From the NCBI GenBank assembly GCA_002410925.1, contig DHPR01000033.1:330397-394396 (forward strand): a stretch of 64,000 nucleotides of DNA, read 5' to 3'. Below the pieces are notes generated by a model. It searched no databases, was not told the origin of the DNA, and saw only the letters and a list, made by a program, of their open reading frames with translations. Shown here one piece after another: positions 1 to 11,135 of the stretch. How positions within the stretch are numbered: position 1 is the first letter of the stretch; each line of letters opens with the position of its first letter. Made by a program: the position numbers and the translations under genes. This stretch comes from a bacterium UBP13_UBA5359. GTDB lineage: Bacteria; UBP13; UBA5359.

Positions 1-1138
1 TATCCGGCGAAAAATCTTTGCCCGTATTGGCATTTATAAAATGAGCATTAGCTTCATTGGCTCCGATAACGAAGTTGCGCATTTCGGCAACATCTGAATC
101 TACGACAATAGTTGCTTTTTCCTCAAGCCCAACAGGCCCTGAAAAACCCACCGGAGCGCCGGTCAGCGCTTCTATTTCTTCCGGCTCAGCCAGAATCAAT
201 TCACTGGAATTAAGCAGCCTTACCAGCTTAAATTCGTTGACTTCCCTATCTCCTCGTATCAAAACAGCAACCATTCTTCCTTCACCATTCCGATAGATAA
301 GGGTCTTTACCATCCGCTCAGCCGGAAGGTTCAGAAAGTCTGTCAATTGGTTTATTGTCCTTATTTCTGGGGTCAGAACGGTTTCCATTTCCTTCTCCGG
401 CTCATTCTCCCCCGTTGTTGTTCTGATCCTGGCAGCCTCACGATTAGCAGCATATTTACAGGTATTGCAGATAATAACAACATCTTCTCCAGCATCGGAA
501 GGAGCCATGAATTCCATAGAATCCGTGCCGCCAATCATGCCCGGGTCGGCTTCGACGGCTAGAGTTTGCAACCCACAGCGTCTGAAGGCTGCATCGTAGG
601 CCACATACATTTTATTATAACTCTCATCTAAACCTTTCCGATCACGATCAAAGGAGTACAAATCCTTCATTATAAACTCCCGCGATCTTATCACCCCCGA
701 ACGGGGACGTAATTCGTCGCGGAACTTGGTCTGTATCTGATAAAGCATTAGCGGCAGTTGCCGATAGGAGCGAACTTCATGACGGACTAGATCGGTAACG
801 ACCTCTTCATGAGTAGGCCCCAGGCAAAAATCTCGATCGTTCCTATCCTTCAAACGAATGATCTCTTTGCCTCCCTTGAGCCACCGCCCGGACTCCTGCC
901 ACAGCTCCGCCGGCTGCAAGGCCGGCAAAAGTACCTCCTGTGCCCCTGTTGCATTCATCTCCTGGCGCACAATATTAGAGATCTTTTCCAAAGTTCTGTA
1001 TCCCAGCGGCAAAAAGGAATATACCCCTGCCGCCAGTTTTCTTATCAACCCTGCCCTGAGCATGAGCCGATGGCCGGGTGTTTCCGCCTCTGCCGGTATC
1101 TCTCTTAGAGTAGTCAGAAAGAGATTACTCATGCGCAT
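1..1138 (-). CDS. proS: Prolyl-tRNA synthetase (5' part; runs off the window start)
   Basis: Not in the ORF track. Manual translation from ATG at 1138 gives MRMSNLFLTTLREIPAEAETPGHRLMLRAG, later LGPTHEE and QTKFRDELRPR (class II ProRS motifs). Follows ispG as in the conserved cluster. Confidence 0.95.
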   Translation of the reverse strand, partial: MRMSNLFLTTLREIPAEAETPGHRLMLRAGLIRKLAAGVYSFLPLGYRTLEKISNIVRQEMNATGAQEVLLPALQPAELWQESGRWLKGGKEIIRLKDRNDRDFCLGPTHEEVVTDLVRHEVRSYRQLPLMLYQIQTKFRDELRPRSGVIRSREFIMKDLYSFDRDRKGLDESYNKMYVAYDAAFRRCGLQTLAVEADPGMIGGTDSMEFMAPSDAGEDVVIICNTCKYAANREAARIRTTTGENEPEKEMETVLTPEIRTINQLTDFLNLPAERMVKTLIYRNGEGRMVAVLIRGDREVNEFKLVRLLNSSELILAEPEEIEALTGAPVGFSGPVGLEEKATIVVDSDVAEMRNFVIGANEANAHFINANTGKDFSPD

Positions 1139-2216
1139 TTTTCTTTCCTCCCGCTTCCCGTTTCAATATATCATCTACTTCTGCCATGAGCGCCGGTATC
1201 AGAAGACGCTCCGGCAGCACTTTGAGCATCTTTCCACATCGAAAAAGCATACCGCGTCCACGCCCGCCGGCTATCCCCACATCAGCATCTCTGGCTTCAC
1301 CGGGCCCGTTTACAACGCATCCCATAACGGCTATTTTTATCGGTTTTGTAACACCGCTGAGACGATTCTCCACCTCCTGGGCCATGCCTATAACATCCAC
1401 TTCACAGCGGCCACAGGTTGGGCAGGAGATTATTATGGGACCTCGCTGGCGTATGCCCAGAGATTTCAATATCTCCCAGGCTGTTTTAACCTCTTCTTCC
1501 GGCTCAGCCGTCAGTGAAACGCGCAGAGTATCGCCCAGTCCTTTATAAAGCAGTATGCCTATGCCGATAGAAGACCTTATCGTTCCGGCCCAAGCACGCC
1601 CTGCCTCAGTTATACCTATATGAAAAGGATAATTCGTTCTTTCAGCCATCTTGGCATATGCGCCCACAGTCTTCTCTATATCAAAGGCCTTCAATGATAT
1701 GACAATATCTTCAAAGCCATTCTCCTCCAGCAGACGAACCTGCTCCCAGGCGCTCTCAACTATAGCTTCGCTTACAGCACCGCCATATCTCTCCACGATA
1801 TCCGGAGAGAGCGAGCCGGCATTGGCGCCGACTCTGATAGGCACGCCTCTGGCCTTGGCCTCACAAGCAATTTCCTTAACCTTGCCGGCATCGCTAATAT
1901 TGCCGGGATTAAGCCGCAGCTTGTCCACACCCTGCTTCAGCGCCTCCAGTGCCAGACGATAATCGAAATGTATATCGGCTATCAATGGCATACCGGCAGT
2001 TGCCTTTATCGCTCCCAGAGCATGAGCGGCGTCCATATCCGGCACAGCTACCCTAACAGCTTCGCAGCCAAGATCTCTGAGCCGGGCTATCTGCTCAGCC
2101 GTCTCCTTTACATTTCTGGTATCGGTATTGGCCATCGATTGCACCATTACAGGTTCATGTCCTCCGATATAACGCACGCCAAAAGCAATACGCCTGGTAT
2201 CTCTGCGAACAATCAT
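1125..2216 (-). CDS. ispG: (E)-4-hydroxy-3-methylbut-2-enyl-diphosphate synthase
   Basis: VQSMANTDT, ADIHFDYRLA, RLNPGNI, CPTCGRC and MGCVVNGPGEA motifs. Confidence 0.97.
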   Translation of the reverse strand: MIVRRDTRRIAFGVRYIGGHEPVMVQSMANTDTRNVKETAEQIARLRDLGCEAVRVAVPDMDAAHALGAIKATAGMPLIADIHFDYRLALEALKQGVDKLRLNPGNISDAGKVKEIACEAKARGVPIRVGANAGSLSPDIVERYGGAVSEAIVESAWEQVRLLEENGFEDIVISLKAFDIEKTVGAYAKMAERTNYPFHIGITEAGRAWAGTIRSSIGIGILLYKGLGDTLRVSLTAEPEEEVKTAWEILKSLGIRQRGPIIISCPTCGRCEVDVIGMAQEVENRLSGVTKPIKIAVMGCVVNGPGEARDADVGIAGGRGRGMLFRCGKMLKVLPERLLIPALMAEVDDILKREAGGKKNAHE

Positions 2217-3272
2217 TTAGAATATCTCCCTAAGGGTTATGGCTGCTATCAGGGCCAGCAGAAGGACCAATCCGACCAGATGCACGAGTCCCTCCTTCTT
2301 GGGGTCTATCTTTCTTCCGCCGCGAAGCGCTTCTAATATCAAAAAAGCCAAACGGCCGCCATCAAGCGCCGGCAAAGGCAGAAGATTGAAAACACCCACG
2401 TTGGCACTCAATGCCGCCAGCCAGAAAAGCAAGCTCATTATCCCACCTGTTCTGGCAGCATCGCCCACTATCCTGGCAATGCCCACGGGCCCGGAAACAG
2501 CATCAACCGGCACTCTGAAAGTCATCAGCCAGTAAAGCGATTTGATGATATCTTTGGTAAGCTCGTAAGTTTGCACTATGCCCACAGAGAGAGATTCGCT
2601 AAAGCCCATCGGCCGCGTAAGGACTTTGAATACTACGCCTATGCGCCCGATATCCTTCTTAACTATCTTCTCTCCTTCCTGAACAGACCCGCTATAAACC
2701 TCTGTCTTTAACACTACCTGCTGCTCAGATCTATTTCGCTCGATAAGTAAAACAACCTTTTTCCCCGGTCGAGCGGATATGTAGCGTGTTATCTGGGCTG
2801 TGGTATCAAAGCGTCTGCCGTCCACCCCAAGAATCTTATCTCCCCGCTTGATCTGGGCATGATCTGCAGGTGAGGCGGCAATCACTCGATCGACTACAGG
2901 AAGAACACCGACAGGGCGGCCACCGACCATGCCAAGAATGATAAATACCAGGGCGGCAAGAAGGAGATTCATAACGGAGCCCGCTACGATAACCATCATA
3001 CGCCTGGATAGCGGCTTGGAATTAAAACCGTTTGCTCTGTCGTCTTCTTCCCCATCCATACCAGCGATCTTTACATATCCGCCAATGGGGAAGAGGTTTA
3101 CCTGATACCTGGTTTCACCAACAGTTCGATTGAAAAGCATCGGTCCCATTCCCAGAGCAAATTCATCCACCACTATACCGGAGCGCCTGGCAGTAATAAA
3201 GTGCCCGAACTCATGTACCAGAGTGAGCACACCAATGACGATAATAAAAGAGATAAGTGTAATAAGCATCAC
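2217..3272 (-). CDS. rseP: Site-2 intramembrane zinc metalloprotease with PDZ domain
   Basis: HEFGH and NLLPLPALDGG motifs, central PDZ-like segment, located between dxr and ispG. Confidence 0.95.
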   Translation of the reverse strand: MMLITLISFIIVIGVLTLVHEFGHFITARRSGIVVDEFALGMGPMLFNRTVGETRYQVNLFPIGGYVKIAGMDGEEDDRANGFNSKPLSRRMMVIVAGSVMNLLLAALVFIILGMVGGRPVGVLPVVDRVIAASPADHAQIKRGDKILGVDGRRFDTTAQITRYISARPGKKVVLLIERNRSEQQVVLKTEVYSGSVQEGEKIVKKDIGRIGVVFKVLTRPMGFSESLSVGIVQTYELTKDIIKSLYWLMTFRVPVDAVSGPVGIARIVGDAARTGGIMSLLFWLAALSANVGVFNLLPLPALDGGRLAFLILEALRGGRKIDPKKEGLVHLVGLVLLLALIAAITLREIF

Positions 3273-3405
3273 AGTTCCCCTGTTCAGAAATCAGAAATCA
3301 GAGCATAGCAGCTCAAGCCGGCAACCGGACAATATCCCGGGGCTATTAGGTAACGGGTATTTAATTATTCCCAATTATAATGCCAAAGACCACAATTTAC
3401 AAACA

Positions 3406-4572
3406 TCAATGCAGAGAGCCGACAGCACGCCATGCTGCCTCTCGAGCCCATTTATCCGCATTCAACAACTCTTCCAAAGAGGGATTAGAACACACGGTGT
3501 GAGCAGATAAAACTCTTTCAGTTACCTCTGCTACGGCAATAAAGGAAATCCTGCCTTTCAGGAAGAGCTCAACAGCCACCTCATTGGCAGCATTCATTAC
3601 CCCGGGAGCGGTTCCGCCCTTTGACGCCGCCTCTCGTGCCAAGCAGAGAGAAGGGAACCTCTTTTCATCCGGGCGTTCGAATGTCAAGCTGCCGATATCG
3701 GCCGGATTCAGACGCTCTCCATAATAGCCCAGGCGATCGGGATACCCTAAAGCATAACTTATCGGTATCTTCATATCGGCCGGACCCAGCTGTGCCAGCA
3801 CAGAGCCGTCGACAAAACCGACCATAGAATGAACAATGCTCTGTGGATGAATCACAACCTCTATTTTATCCAGCGGCATATCGAAAAGCCACATGGCTTC
3901 TATTATCTCTAGACCTTTGTTCATCATAGTAGCAGAATCTACCGTAATTTTCGGTCCCATGCGCCACGTGGGATGACAAAGAGCTCTTTCAGGTGTTATT
4001 CCTGCCATCTCATCTATTGCCATATGAACAAACGGGCCTCCGGATGCTGTCAGAATTATCCTCTCCAAAGCACTCTTTTGCTCTCCCCGGGAAAGCTGAA
4101 AAATGGCACTGTGCTCGCTATCGACAGGCAGCAATTTCACTCCGTGCCGCGATACCTCCGGCATAACCACGCTACCGCCCAGAACTAAAGTCTCCTTGTT
4201 TGCCAAAGCAATATCCTTGCCTGAACGTATAGCTGCCAGGGTCGGCATCAGACCTACAGCCCCACTGACGGCTACCATGACAATGTCAACGGATGGATGC
4301 ACGGCCGCTTCCGTCAGACCGTCCCGGCCACATCCTACTTTACATCCATCCAGCCTCGATTCCAGTTCATGCGCAGCCGCTGAATCATACATGCAGATAT
4401 AATCCGGTTGAAATTCTTGGGCCTGCGCCAATGCCTTTTCGACATTTCTACCGGCAGACATAGTGATAAGACGATACTTATCGGGATAAGCAGCAATAAC
4501 TGCCAGTGTCAGGCTGCCGATGACACCGGTGGCCCCCAGAACCGCTACTCCTTTTCTTCTATCCGGAATCAT
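3406..4572 (-). CDS. dxr: 1-deoxy-D-xylulose 5-phosphate reductoisomerase
   Basis: LANKETLV, PVDSEHSAIFQ, TASGGPF, HPTWRMGPKITVDSATMMNKGLE. Confidence 0.97.
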   Translation of the reverse strand: MIPDRRKGVAVLGATGVIGSLTLAVIAAYPDKYRLITMSAGRNVEKALAQAQEFQPDYICMYDSAAAHELESRLDGCKVGCGRDGLTEAAVHPSVDIVMVAVSGAVGLMPTLAAIRSGKDIALANKETLVLGGSVVMPEVSRHGVKLLPVDSEHSAIFQLSRGEQKSALERIILTASGGPFVHMAIDEMAGITPERALCHPTWRMGPKITVDSATMMNKGLEIIEAMWLFDMPLDKIEVVIHPQSIVHSMVGFVDGSVLAQLGPADMKIPISYALGYPDRLGYYGERLNPADIGSLTFERPDEKRFPSLCLAREAASKGGTAPGVMNAANEVAVELFLKGRISFIAVAEVTERVLSAHTVCSNPSLEELLNADKWAREAAWRAVGSLH

Positions 4573-5363
4573 TTCACCTCTCCGAATCGTCGCTCGCGCT
4601 GCTGATAATCCCTTATAGCTTCAATCAGATGCTCTCTGGTAAAATCCGGCCATAGAACATCAACGACCGCAATCTCTGTATAGGCTATCTGCCAGAGTAA
4701 AAAGTTGCTTACCCTGAAATCGCCTCCTGTTCGTATAAGCAAATCAGGGTCCGGCTGTCCGGCCGTATCAAGCCTGCCGCTTATAGATGCCTCGGTCAGC
4801 TCCTCAACCTTGAGACGTCCATCAAGAATATCGCCGGCCAGAAGATTCATCGCCCGGCGAAGCTCATCTCTGCCGGAATAACTGACGGCCAGATTTAGTA
4901 TAAGAGATTCATTATCGGCTGTTGTCTCCATAGAAGATCTGAAAATCTCGGCTAGCGATGCGGGCAGCCTATCCATATCTCCAATTACCCTTACACGCAC
5001 ACCTTCAGCATTCATCTCCGCTAATTCAGCCTTCATATAATGCTCGAACAACACCATAAGGGTGTTCACTTCTTCAGCCGGCCGCCTCCAGTTTTCAGTT
5101 GAGAATGAATAGAGCGTAAGATACTTTATACCTGTATCTTTACATGTCCTGATTATCTCTCTTACGGTTTCTGCCCCTGCTGCATGCCCGGCCGATCTAG
5201 GCATACCTCGCTTGCAAGCCCACCTCCCATTGCCATCCATTATAATAGCCACATGCACGGGCAACGAATTCTGGTCAAGGGTGCTTACGGAGTTATTCAA
5301 TTTCGAATTATTTGCGCTCTTATGCTTGAATATAAATGATAATAGCCTTTTTACTATACTCAA
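4569..5363 (-). CDS. uppS: Undecaprenyl diphosphate synthase
   Basis: HVAIIMDGNGRW, FSTENWRRP, IRTGGDFRVSNFLLWQ, RERRFG. Confidence 0.96.
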   Translation of the reverse strand: MSIVKRLLSFIFKHKSANNSKLNNSVSTLDQNSLPVHVAIIMDGNGRWACKRGMPRSAGHAAGAETVREIIRTCKDTGIKYLTLYSFSTENWRRPAEEVNTLMVLFEHYMKAELAEMNAEGVRVRVIGDMDRLPASLAEIFRSSMETTADNESLILNLAVSYSGRDELRRAMNLLAGDILDGRLKVEELTEASISGRLDTAGQPDPDLLIRTGGDFRVSNFLLWQIAYTEIAVVDVLWPDFTREHLIEAIRDYQQRERRFGEVK

Positions 5364-5388
5364 TTCATCATCTCCGCCGTACTTTTCG

Positions 5389-5432
5389 AGAGTAAGATAA
5401 ATCCCCTCTTAAGAGGGGATTTATCTTACTCT
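5389..5432. repeat. 44-bp perfect palindrome overlapping the ferredoxin stop codon
   Basis: AGAGTAAGATAAATCCCCTCTT|AAGAGGGGATTTATCTTACTCT; the halves are exact reverse complements with no spacer. Confidence 0.9.
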
Positions 5433-5596
5433 TCGCTGATAGCTTCTATCGGACATTCATTAACACATGTTCCGCATTTCGTGCATTCATTCTGATCAAT
5501 AAGAAAATTCCCATTTTCTTCCTTGATGGCACCTACCGGGCAAGCATCCACACAAGTGCCGCATTGGACGCATTCATCAGTGATCTTGTAGACCAT
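5426..5596 (-). CDS. 2[4Fe-4S] ferredoxin (56 aa)
   Basis: MVYKITDECVQCGTCVDACP and CTKCGTCVNECP give two CxxCxxCxxxCP motifs. GGAGG lies upstream of the ATG at 5596. Confidence 0.93.
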   Translation of the reverse strand: MVYKITDECVQCGTCVDACPVGAIKEENGNFLIDQNECTKCGTCVNECPIEAISEE

Positions 5597-5810
5597 CTTC
5601 AGCCACCTCCTTCCCCCTTTCAACCTCATGAGCCAGGATCAGGAAAAGCCTATTCTCGCCATCTTCACGTTGGCTAATCACTCTCAGCTGTCCCATTCCC
5701 TGCAACAGATGTCTGGTAGGGCAGGTTATTTCTGCACCTCCCAGGCAAATACCCTCGTTGCGAATAATCTGCAGAGCTCTATCATAAGTATAAGCAGTCA
5801 GATCATACAT
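5577..5810 (-). CDS. Small hypothetical protein, possibly PASTA-like
   Basis: 77 aa, co-oriented between frr and the ferredoxin. MYDLTAYTYDRALQIIRNEG and RVISQ resemble a single PASTA repeat pattern. Confidence 0.55.
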   Translation of the reverse strand: MYDLTAYTYDRALQIIRNEGICLGGAEITCPTRHLLQGMGQLRVISQREDGENRLFLILAHEVERGKEVAEDGLQDH

Positions 5811-5841
5811 AATGAAGCTACCAAACCGCTGAAAATACGAT

Positions 5842-6399
5842 TCAGACCTCCATTATCTCTTTTTCTTTGTTCTTCTCAACCTCATTTATATCCTCGATGG
5901 CTTTATCGGTGATTTTCTGCGACTCTTCCTGAGCTCTGTGCATATCATCTTCGGATATATCACCATTCTTTTGCATCTGCTTGAGCCGGTCATTGATATC
6001 GCGTCTCACATTACGGATAGCTACCCGTCCTTCTTCTATCTTGCGCCCAACCATCTTGACCAGATCGCGACGACGCTCCTCCGTCAACTGAGGAATTGCT
6101 ATTCTTATTACCTGCCCATCGCTGGATGTCGGAAGATCGAGATCGGACTTAGCAATAGCACGCTCAATTACGGATACCATGCTTTTGTCCCAGGGCTGTA
6201 TCGCCAGCAGCCGCGGCTCTGGCACAGAAATATTGGCCACCTGATTCAACGGTGTTTCGTTGCCGTAATACTCAACATATATTCTGTCCAGAAGCGCCGG
6301 GTTCGCCCGCCCGGTACGAATGCTTGCTATTTCTCGTTTGCTTGCCTCAATACTCTTACGCGCCTTATCTTCCATATCATGGAGCAAATCTTTTAACAT
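5842..6399 (-). CDS. frr: Ribosome recycling factor
   Basis: IRTGRANP, PQLTEERR, IRNVRRD; 185 aa. Confidence 0.97.
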   Translation of the reverse strand: MLKDLLHDMEDKARKSIEASKREIASIRTGRANPALLDRIYVEYYGNETPLNQVANISVPEPRLLAIQPWDKSMVSVIERAIAKSDLDLPTSSDGQVIRIAIPQLTEERRRDLVKMVGRKIEEGRVAIRNVRRDINDRLKQMQKNGDISEDDMHRAQEESQKITDKAIEDINEVEKNKEKEIMEV

Positions 6400-6401
6400 G
6401 A

Positions 6402-7169
<768 letters not shown>

Positions 7170-7775
7170 CTACTCTTGCACCCCCTGGCCAAGGACATAA
7201 CGTGTAAAGCGACGAATCACCATATTTTCGCCTAATTTTGCTATGGTTTCCTTAAGGACATCGCCAACCGTTTTGGAATCATCCTTTACGAAGGGCTGAT
7301 CCAGAAGACAAACCCTGTTGTAGAATTTATCCAGACGGCCTTCTATGATCTTGTCAACTATATTCGCCGGCTTGCCTTCCTGAAGCGCCTGCTCTTTTAA
7401 GACGCTCTTTTCACGATCGAGAATATCTGTCGGGATATCATCTCGGCTGATATAATCGGGATCAGTGGCGGCTATTTGCATTGCTATATCCCGTGCAAAG
7501 GCTTTAAATTCATCCGTCTTGGCTACAAAATCAGTTTCACAATTTACTTCTACAAGCACACCCAGTTTGCCGCCGCCATGAATATAGGGCTCAACAACAC
7601 CCTCTGCTGCAACACGACTGGTGCGTTTGGCAACTGAGGCCAGGCCCTTCATCCGAAGTATATCGGCAGCCTTATCCATATCGCCGTTAGCCTCGGTCAA
7701 CGCCTTTTTACAATCCATCATACCGGCACCGGTTTTTTCGCGCAATTCTTTAACTTTGGCTGCAGAAATATCCAT
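7170..7775 (-). CDS. tsf: Elongation factor Ts (short, ~200 aa form)
   Basis: [29 protein letters not shown]. Confidence 0.97.
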   Translation of the reverse strand: MDISAAKVKELREKTGAGMMDCKKALTEANGDMDKAADILRMKGLASVAKRTSRVAAEGVVEPYIHGGGKLGVLVEVNCETDFVAKTDEFKAFARDIAMQIAATDPDYISRDDIPTDILDREKSVLKEQALQEGKPANIVDKIIEGRLDKFYNRVCLLDQPFVKDDSKTVGDVLKETIAKLGENMVIRRFTRYVLGQGVQE

Positions 7776-7869
7776 TCTTTACCTCCCTCTAATCAACTTT
7801 TAAGATTAAGCCTGGATCGCCGACTAGAGCTCTCGCTGCCGGCTTTCGGCTCCTGATTTCTAAAGCAAG

Positions 7870-7906
7870 TAAAGAGGCAAGAGGCTGCATGCCTCTTGCC
7901 TCTTTA
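7870..7906 (-). terminator. Strong hairpin between rpsB and tsf (attenuator or terminator)
   Basis: 16-bp perfect arms TAAAGAGGCAAGAGGC / GCCTCTTGCCTCTTTA with a 5-nt loop. Confidence 0.7.
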
Positions 7907-7921
7907 AAATCGCATACTTTC

Positions 7922-8788
7922 TCACACTGTCTGAGGTGCTTCCTCAGTCGTTTCTTCGGTCTCCTTTTCAGCTTCAGACTCATCGGCAGCAGCTTTGAAT
8001 GCCTCGGCCAGAGCCGTTCCGGCTGCCTCACTTGCGGCTGCGGCTTCAATTGGAGCCACAAGAGGTTCTGCAATCTCTTCTGCCTGCGCCTCTTCCTCAG
8101 CCTGTTCACCCTGCTTGGCTTCCAGCACGGCATCAGCCATTTTGGAAGTCAATAGGCGAAGCGCTCTGATGGCATCGTCGTTTCCGGGAATAACGTAGTC
8201 AACCTCATCGGGATCACAGTTGGTGTCTACAATAGCCACAATGGGTATATCCAAACGCCTTGCCTCGGTTACGGCGATATGCTCCTTTTTGGTATCGGTG
8301 ATAAAGAGAACAGACGGCAAACACGGCATATTTTTGATACCGCCCAGGTTTCTCTCCAGCTTATCCATCTCGTCCTGAAGAGAGCTGACCTCCTTTTTGG
8401 GAAGCACTTCAAAATATCCGTCTTCCTTCATACGCTCAAGATCTTTCAACCGTCTGATACGCTTCTGAATAGTATGGAAATTGGTTAAGGTGCCGCCCAG
8501 CCAACGCTGATTGATGTAGAACATACCACAGCGAATAGCCTCCTCGGCCACAGTTTCCTGCGCCTGCTTTTTTGTGCCGACAAAGAGGGCTATACCGCCG
8601 CCATCCACCACCTCTTTGATGAAGTTGTATGCCTCTTCTACTTTTCGTACCGTTTTCTGCAGATCGATGATGTAAATCCCATTTCTATCGGCGAAGATAT
8701 ACTTCTTCATCTTAGGATTCCATCTTCTGGTCTGATGACCAAAATGTACGCCTGCTTCCAAAAGTTGTTTCATAGATACAACCGCCAT
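7922..8788 (-). CDS. rpsB: 30S ribosomal protein S2 with an acidic Ala/Glu-rich C-terminal tail
   Basis: [37 protein letters not shown] at 8788 follows AGGAGG. Confidence 0.97.
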   Translation of the reverse strand: MAVVSMKQLLEAGVHFGHQTRRWNPKMKKYIFADRNGIYIIDLQKTVRKVEEAYNFIKEVVDGGGIALFVGTKKQAQETVAEEAIRCGMFYINQRWLGGTLTNFHTIQKRIRRLKDLERMKEDGYFEVLPKKEVSSLQDEMDKLERNLGGIKNMPCLPSVLFITDTKKEHIAVTEARRLDIPIVAIVDTNCDPDEVDYVIPGNDDAIRALRLLTSKMADAVLEAKQGEQAEEEAQAEEIAEPLVAPIEAAAASEAAGTALAEAFKAAADESEAEKETEETTEEAPQTV

Positions 8789-8809
8789 TATGGTCACCTC
8801 CTTTCCTAT

Positions 8810-8905
8810 CGGTTTTCAACCTCCGCCGCTCTCGTCTCCGCCGGAACCCGACATTTAAAAACTGTATGCCGAGCCACCACCGGCCAGATCAAACGACGTG
8901 TGTTG
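8810..8905 (-). ncRNA. rpsB 5' leader (S2/t44-type autoregulatory RNA)
   Basis: Minus strand reads ACACACG...GGTGG...GCGGAGG..AAAACC, the layout of known rpsB leaders, between a promoter and the rpsB RBS. Confidence 0.65.
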
Positions 8906-8919
8906 TTTTTTACTGCCGT

Positions 8920-8949
8920 AGTATATCATAATTTACAGCTCATTATCAA
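8920..8949 (-). promoter_or_regulatory. Sigma70-type promoter for rpsB-tsf
   Basis: TTGATA-18-TATACT with TGn extended -10. Confidence 0.6.
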
Positions 8950-8977
8950 GCCGGCCTGCAAGCGTATATCCGCACAA

Positions 8978-11116
8978 TCACTCCACTGCTTCAGTCGGCT
9001 TCGCCTGAATGTTGCCGGCGCCTTCGCACTCCGAGCAGCCAGGATTGATGCAAGTGTACGTCAAGCCTCTCTTCTCTGACCCCTTGACAGCGGTGGGCCC
9101 GCCACAGCGGCTGCATTTATGTTCTGTAGAGATCCTACCCCAAACAACAAAATCGCATGCCGGATAGCGGCTGCAGCCATGAAAGATTCGACTGCGCTTA
9201 CCCTTTCGTTCAACGAGCTCCCCTTCGCATTCCGGGCGAGGACACTGCGCACCAACGGTCTTCCTGATCGGCCTGGTATTGCGGCACTCGGGAAAGCCGG
9301 GACAGGCCAAAAACTTGCCGAATCTCCCTTCCTTGATTACCATCTTTCGTCCGCATTTTTCACATACCTCTTCAGTTTCCACAGGAGTAGGCCTGCGTTT
9401 CTCAGCCTCTTTTTCCGCTGTATGCAGCGATCTCTCAAAGGGGTGATAGAAGGCAGATATAACCTCGTGCCAATCCTCGCCCTGCTCCTCTATCTGATCC
9501 AAATCCTGTTCAACCCTTGCCGTAAAGCCGGCATCCATTATGGCCGGAAAATATTGGACCAGAAGATCGGTTACCAGAATACCCAGCTCCGTCGGCCGGA
9601 AACGCTTCTCCTCTTGCTCTACATAGCCACGCTCCTGAATAGTATGAATAATGGGAGCATATGTACTTGGCCTGCCTATGCCTTTCTCCTCAAGAGTCTT
9701 TATCAACGTAGCCTCGGTATAGCGAGGAGGTGCCTGTGTAAAATGCTGCTTAGGGGTAATTTCTTTGCAATTCAACCTTTCGCCCGGCTCCATTGCAGGG
9801 AAGGTACGCCTGGCCTCTTCATCGGCACTATCATCAGCCCCTTCGGTGTAAAGGCGTGAAAAGCCGGGGAACTTCACCGTAGAACCTGTGGCTCTGAATA
9901 TGCATGATCTGACATTAATATCGATAGTTACTCCGTCCAGTATCAGCGGTGACATCTGGCTGGCCATAAAACGCTTCCATATAAGGTCATAGAGCCTTTT
10001 CTGATCACGCGACAACCACTTTTCCAAATCCTCCGGACTCCTCATCACGGAAGTGGGCCTTATGGCCTCGTGAGCCTCCTGAGCCCCGCGGCGGCTACGA
10101 TATACGGGCGGCTTCTCCGGCAGATACTCCTTGCCGAAACGCTCCATAACGCAATTACGGCTCTCCTGTTGAGCCTCAGGTGCTACATTGGTTGAGTCGG
10201 TTCTCATATATGTTATCAATCCTATATGGCCGGCCTCTCCCATCTCTATTCCTTCATAAAGCTGCTGAGCTACCACCATCGTTCTTCGAGCGGAAAAGCC
10301 AAGTTTGCGAGCAGCTTCCTGTTGCAGAGTACTGGTAATGAACGGCGGTGCGGGGTTCCGTTTCTGCTCTTTCCTGGTTACATTAGCAACCTGCCAAAGA
10401 GCATCGTGCAATCCTGCCAGTATGGCCTCCATTGCAGCTTTGTCGGCAATCTTCTTTTTCTTGTTATCTATCTTTTTGCCGTCCACTGCATGCAGCTTGG
10501 CCTCGAAGCTCTCTTCATGGCCTTCCTTTGTCAGAGTAGCAATAATACTCCAATATTCTTCGGGAATAAAGGCGGTTATCTCACGTTCACGGTCAACAAC
10601 CATACGTACGGCAACGGATTGAACCCTGCCGGCACTCAAACCTTTGCGCACCTTTTTCCAAAGCAACGGACTGAGCTTATAGCCTACCAGCCTGTCCAAA
10701 ACACGCCTGGCCTGCTGTGCATCAACACGACAGCCGTCTATATCCTGCGGATGTTTCAAAGCCTCTTCAACAGCCGAGCGTGTGATCTGGTTGAACTGTA
10801 TCCGACGTGGCTCCTTAAGTTCAAGCGCACGGGCCAGATGCCAGGCAATTGCCTCTCCCTCTCTGTCCGGGTCAGTAGCCAGATAGATTTCGGAAGCAGA
10901 TTGAGCAGCTTTCTTTAGATCCTTGATAACACTCTTCTTTTCCGGGATAATTTCATAAGCAGGCTCGAAATTATGTTCAACATCGACGCCCAATTTGCTG
11001 GAAGGCAGATCCGCTACATGTCCCATGGATGCCTTGATGACATATTTATCACTAAGAAAAGATTTTATCGTCTTTATCTTGGCAGGGGACTCTACTATAA
11101 TAAGTGCTCTTGACAT
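8978..11116 (-). CDS. topA: DNA topoisomerase I with C-terminal zinc ribbons
   Basis: IVESPAK, ATDPDREGEAI, SAGRVQS, ITYMRTDS, GIGRPSTY, C4 zinc-finger repeats. Confidence 0.97.
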   Translation of the reverse strand: MSRALIIVESPAKIKTIKSFLSDKYVIKASMGHVADLPSSKLGVDVEHNFEPAYEIIPEKKSVIKDLKKAAQSASEIYLATDPDREGEAIAWHLARALELKEPRRIQFNQITRSAVEEALKHPQDIDGCRVDAQQARRVLDRLVGYKLSPLLWKKVRKGLSAGRVQSVAVRMVVDREREITAFIPEEYWSIIATLTKEGHEESFEAKLHAVDGKKIDNKKKKIADKAAMEAILAGLHDALWQVANVTRKEQKRNPAPPFITSTLQQEAARKLGFSARRTMVVAQQLYEGIEMGEAGHIGLITYMRTDSTNVAPEAQQESRNCVMERFGKEYLPEKPPVYRSRRGAQEAHEAIRPTSVMRSPEDLEKWLSRDQKRLYDLIWKRFMASQMSPLILDGVTIDINVRSCIFRATGSTVKFPGFSRLYTEGADDSADEEARRTFPAMEPGERLNCKEITPKQHFTQAPPRYTEATLIKTLEEKGIGRPSTYAPIIHTIQERGYVEQEEKRFRPTELGILVTDLLVQYFPAIMDAGFTARVEQDLDQIEEQGEDWHEVISAFYHPFERSLHTAEKEAEKRRPTPVETEEVCEKCGRKMVIKEGRFGKFLACPGFPECRNTRPIRKTVGAQCPRPECEGELVERKGKRSRIFHGCSRYPACDFVVWGRISTEHKCSRCGGPTAVKGSEKRGLTYTCINPGCSECEGAGNIQAKPTEAVE

Positions 11117-11135
11117 CTTTCACTCCTATTACGCT

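Noticed and set aside
7922-8110. Ala/Glu-rich low-complexity tail of S2 as a novel domain
   Set aside because: Acidic C-terminal extensions are common in S2 proteins.
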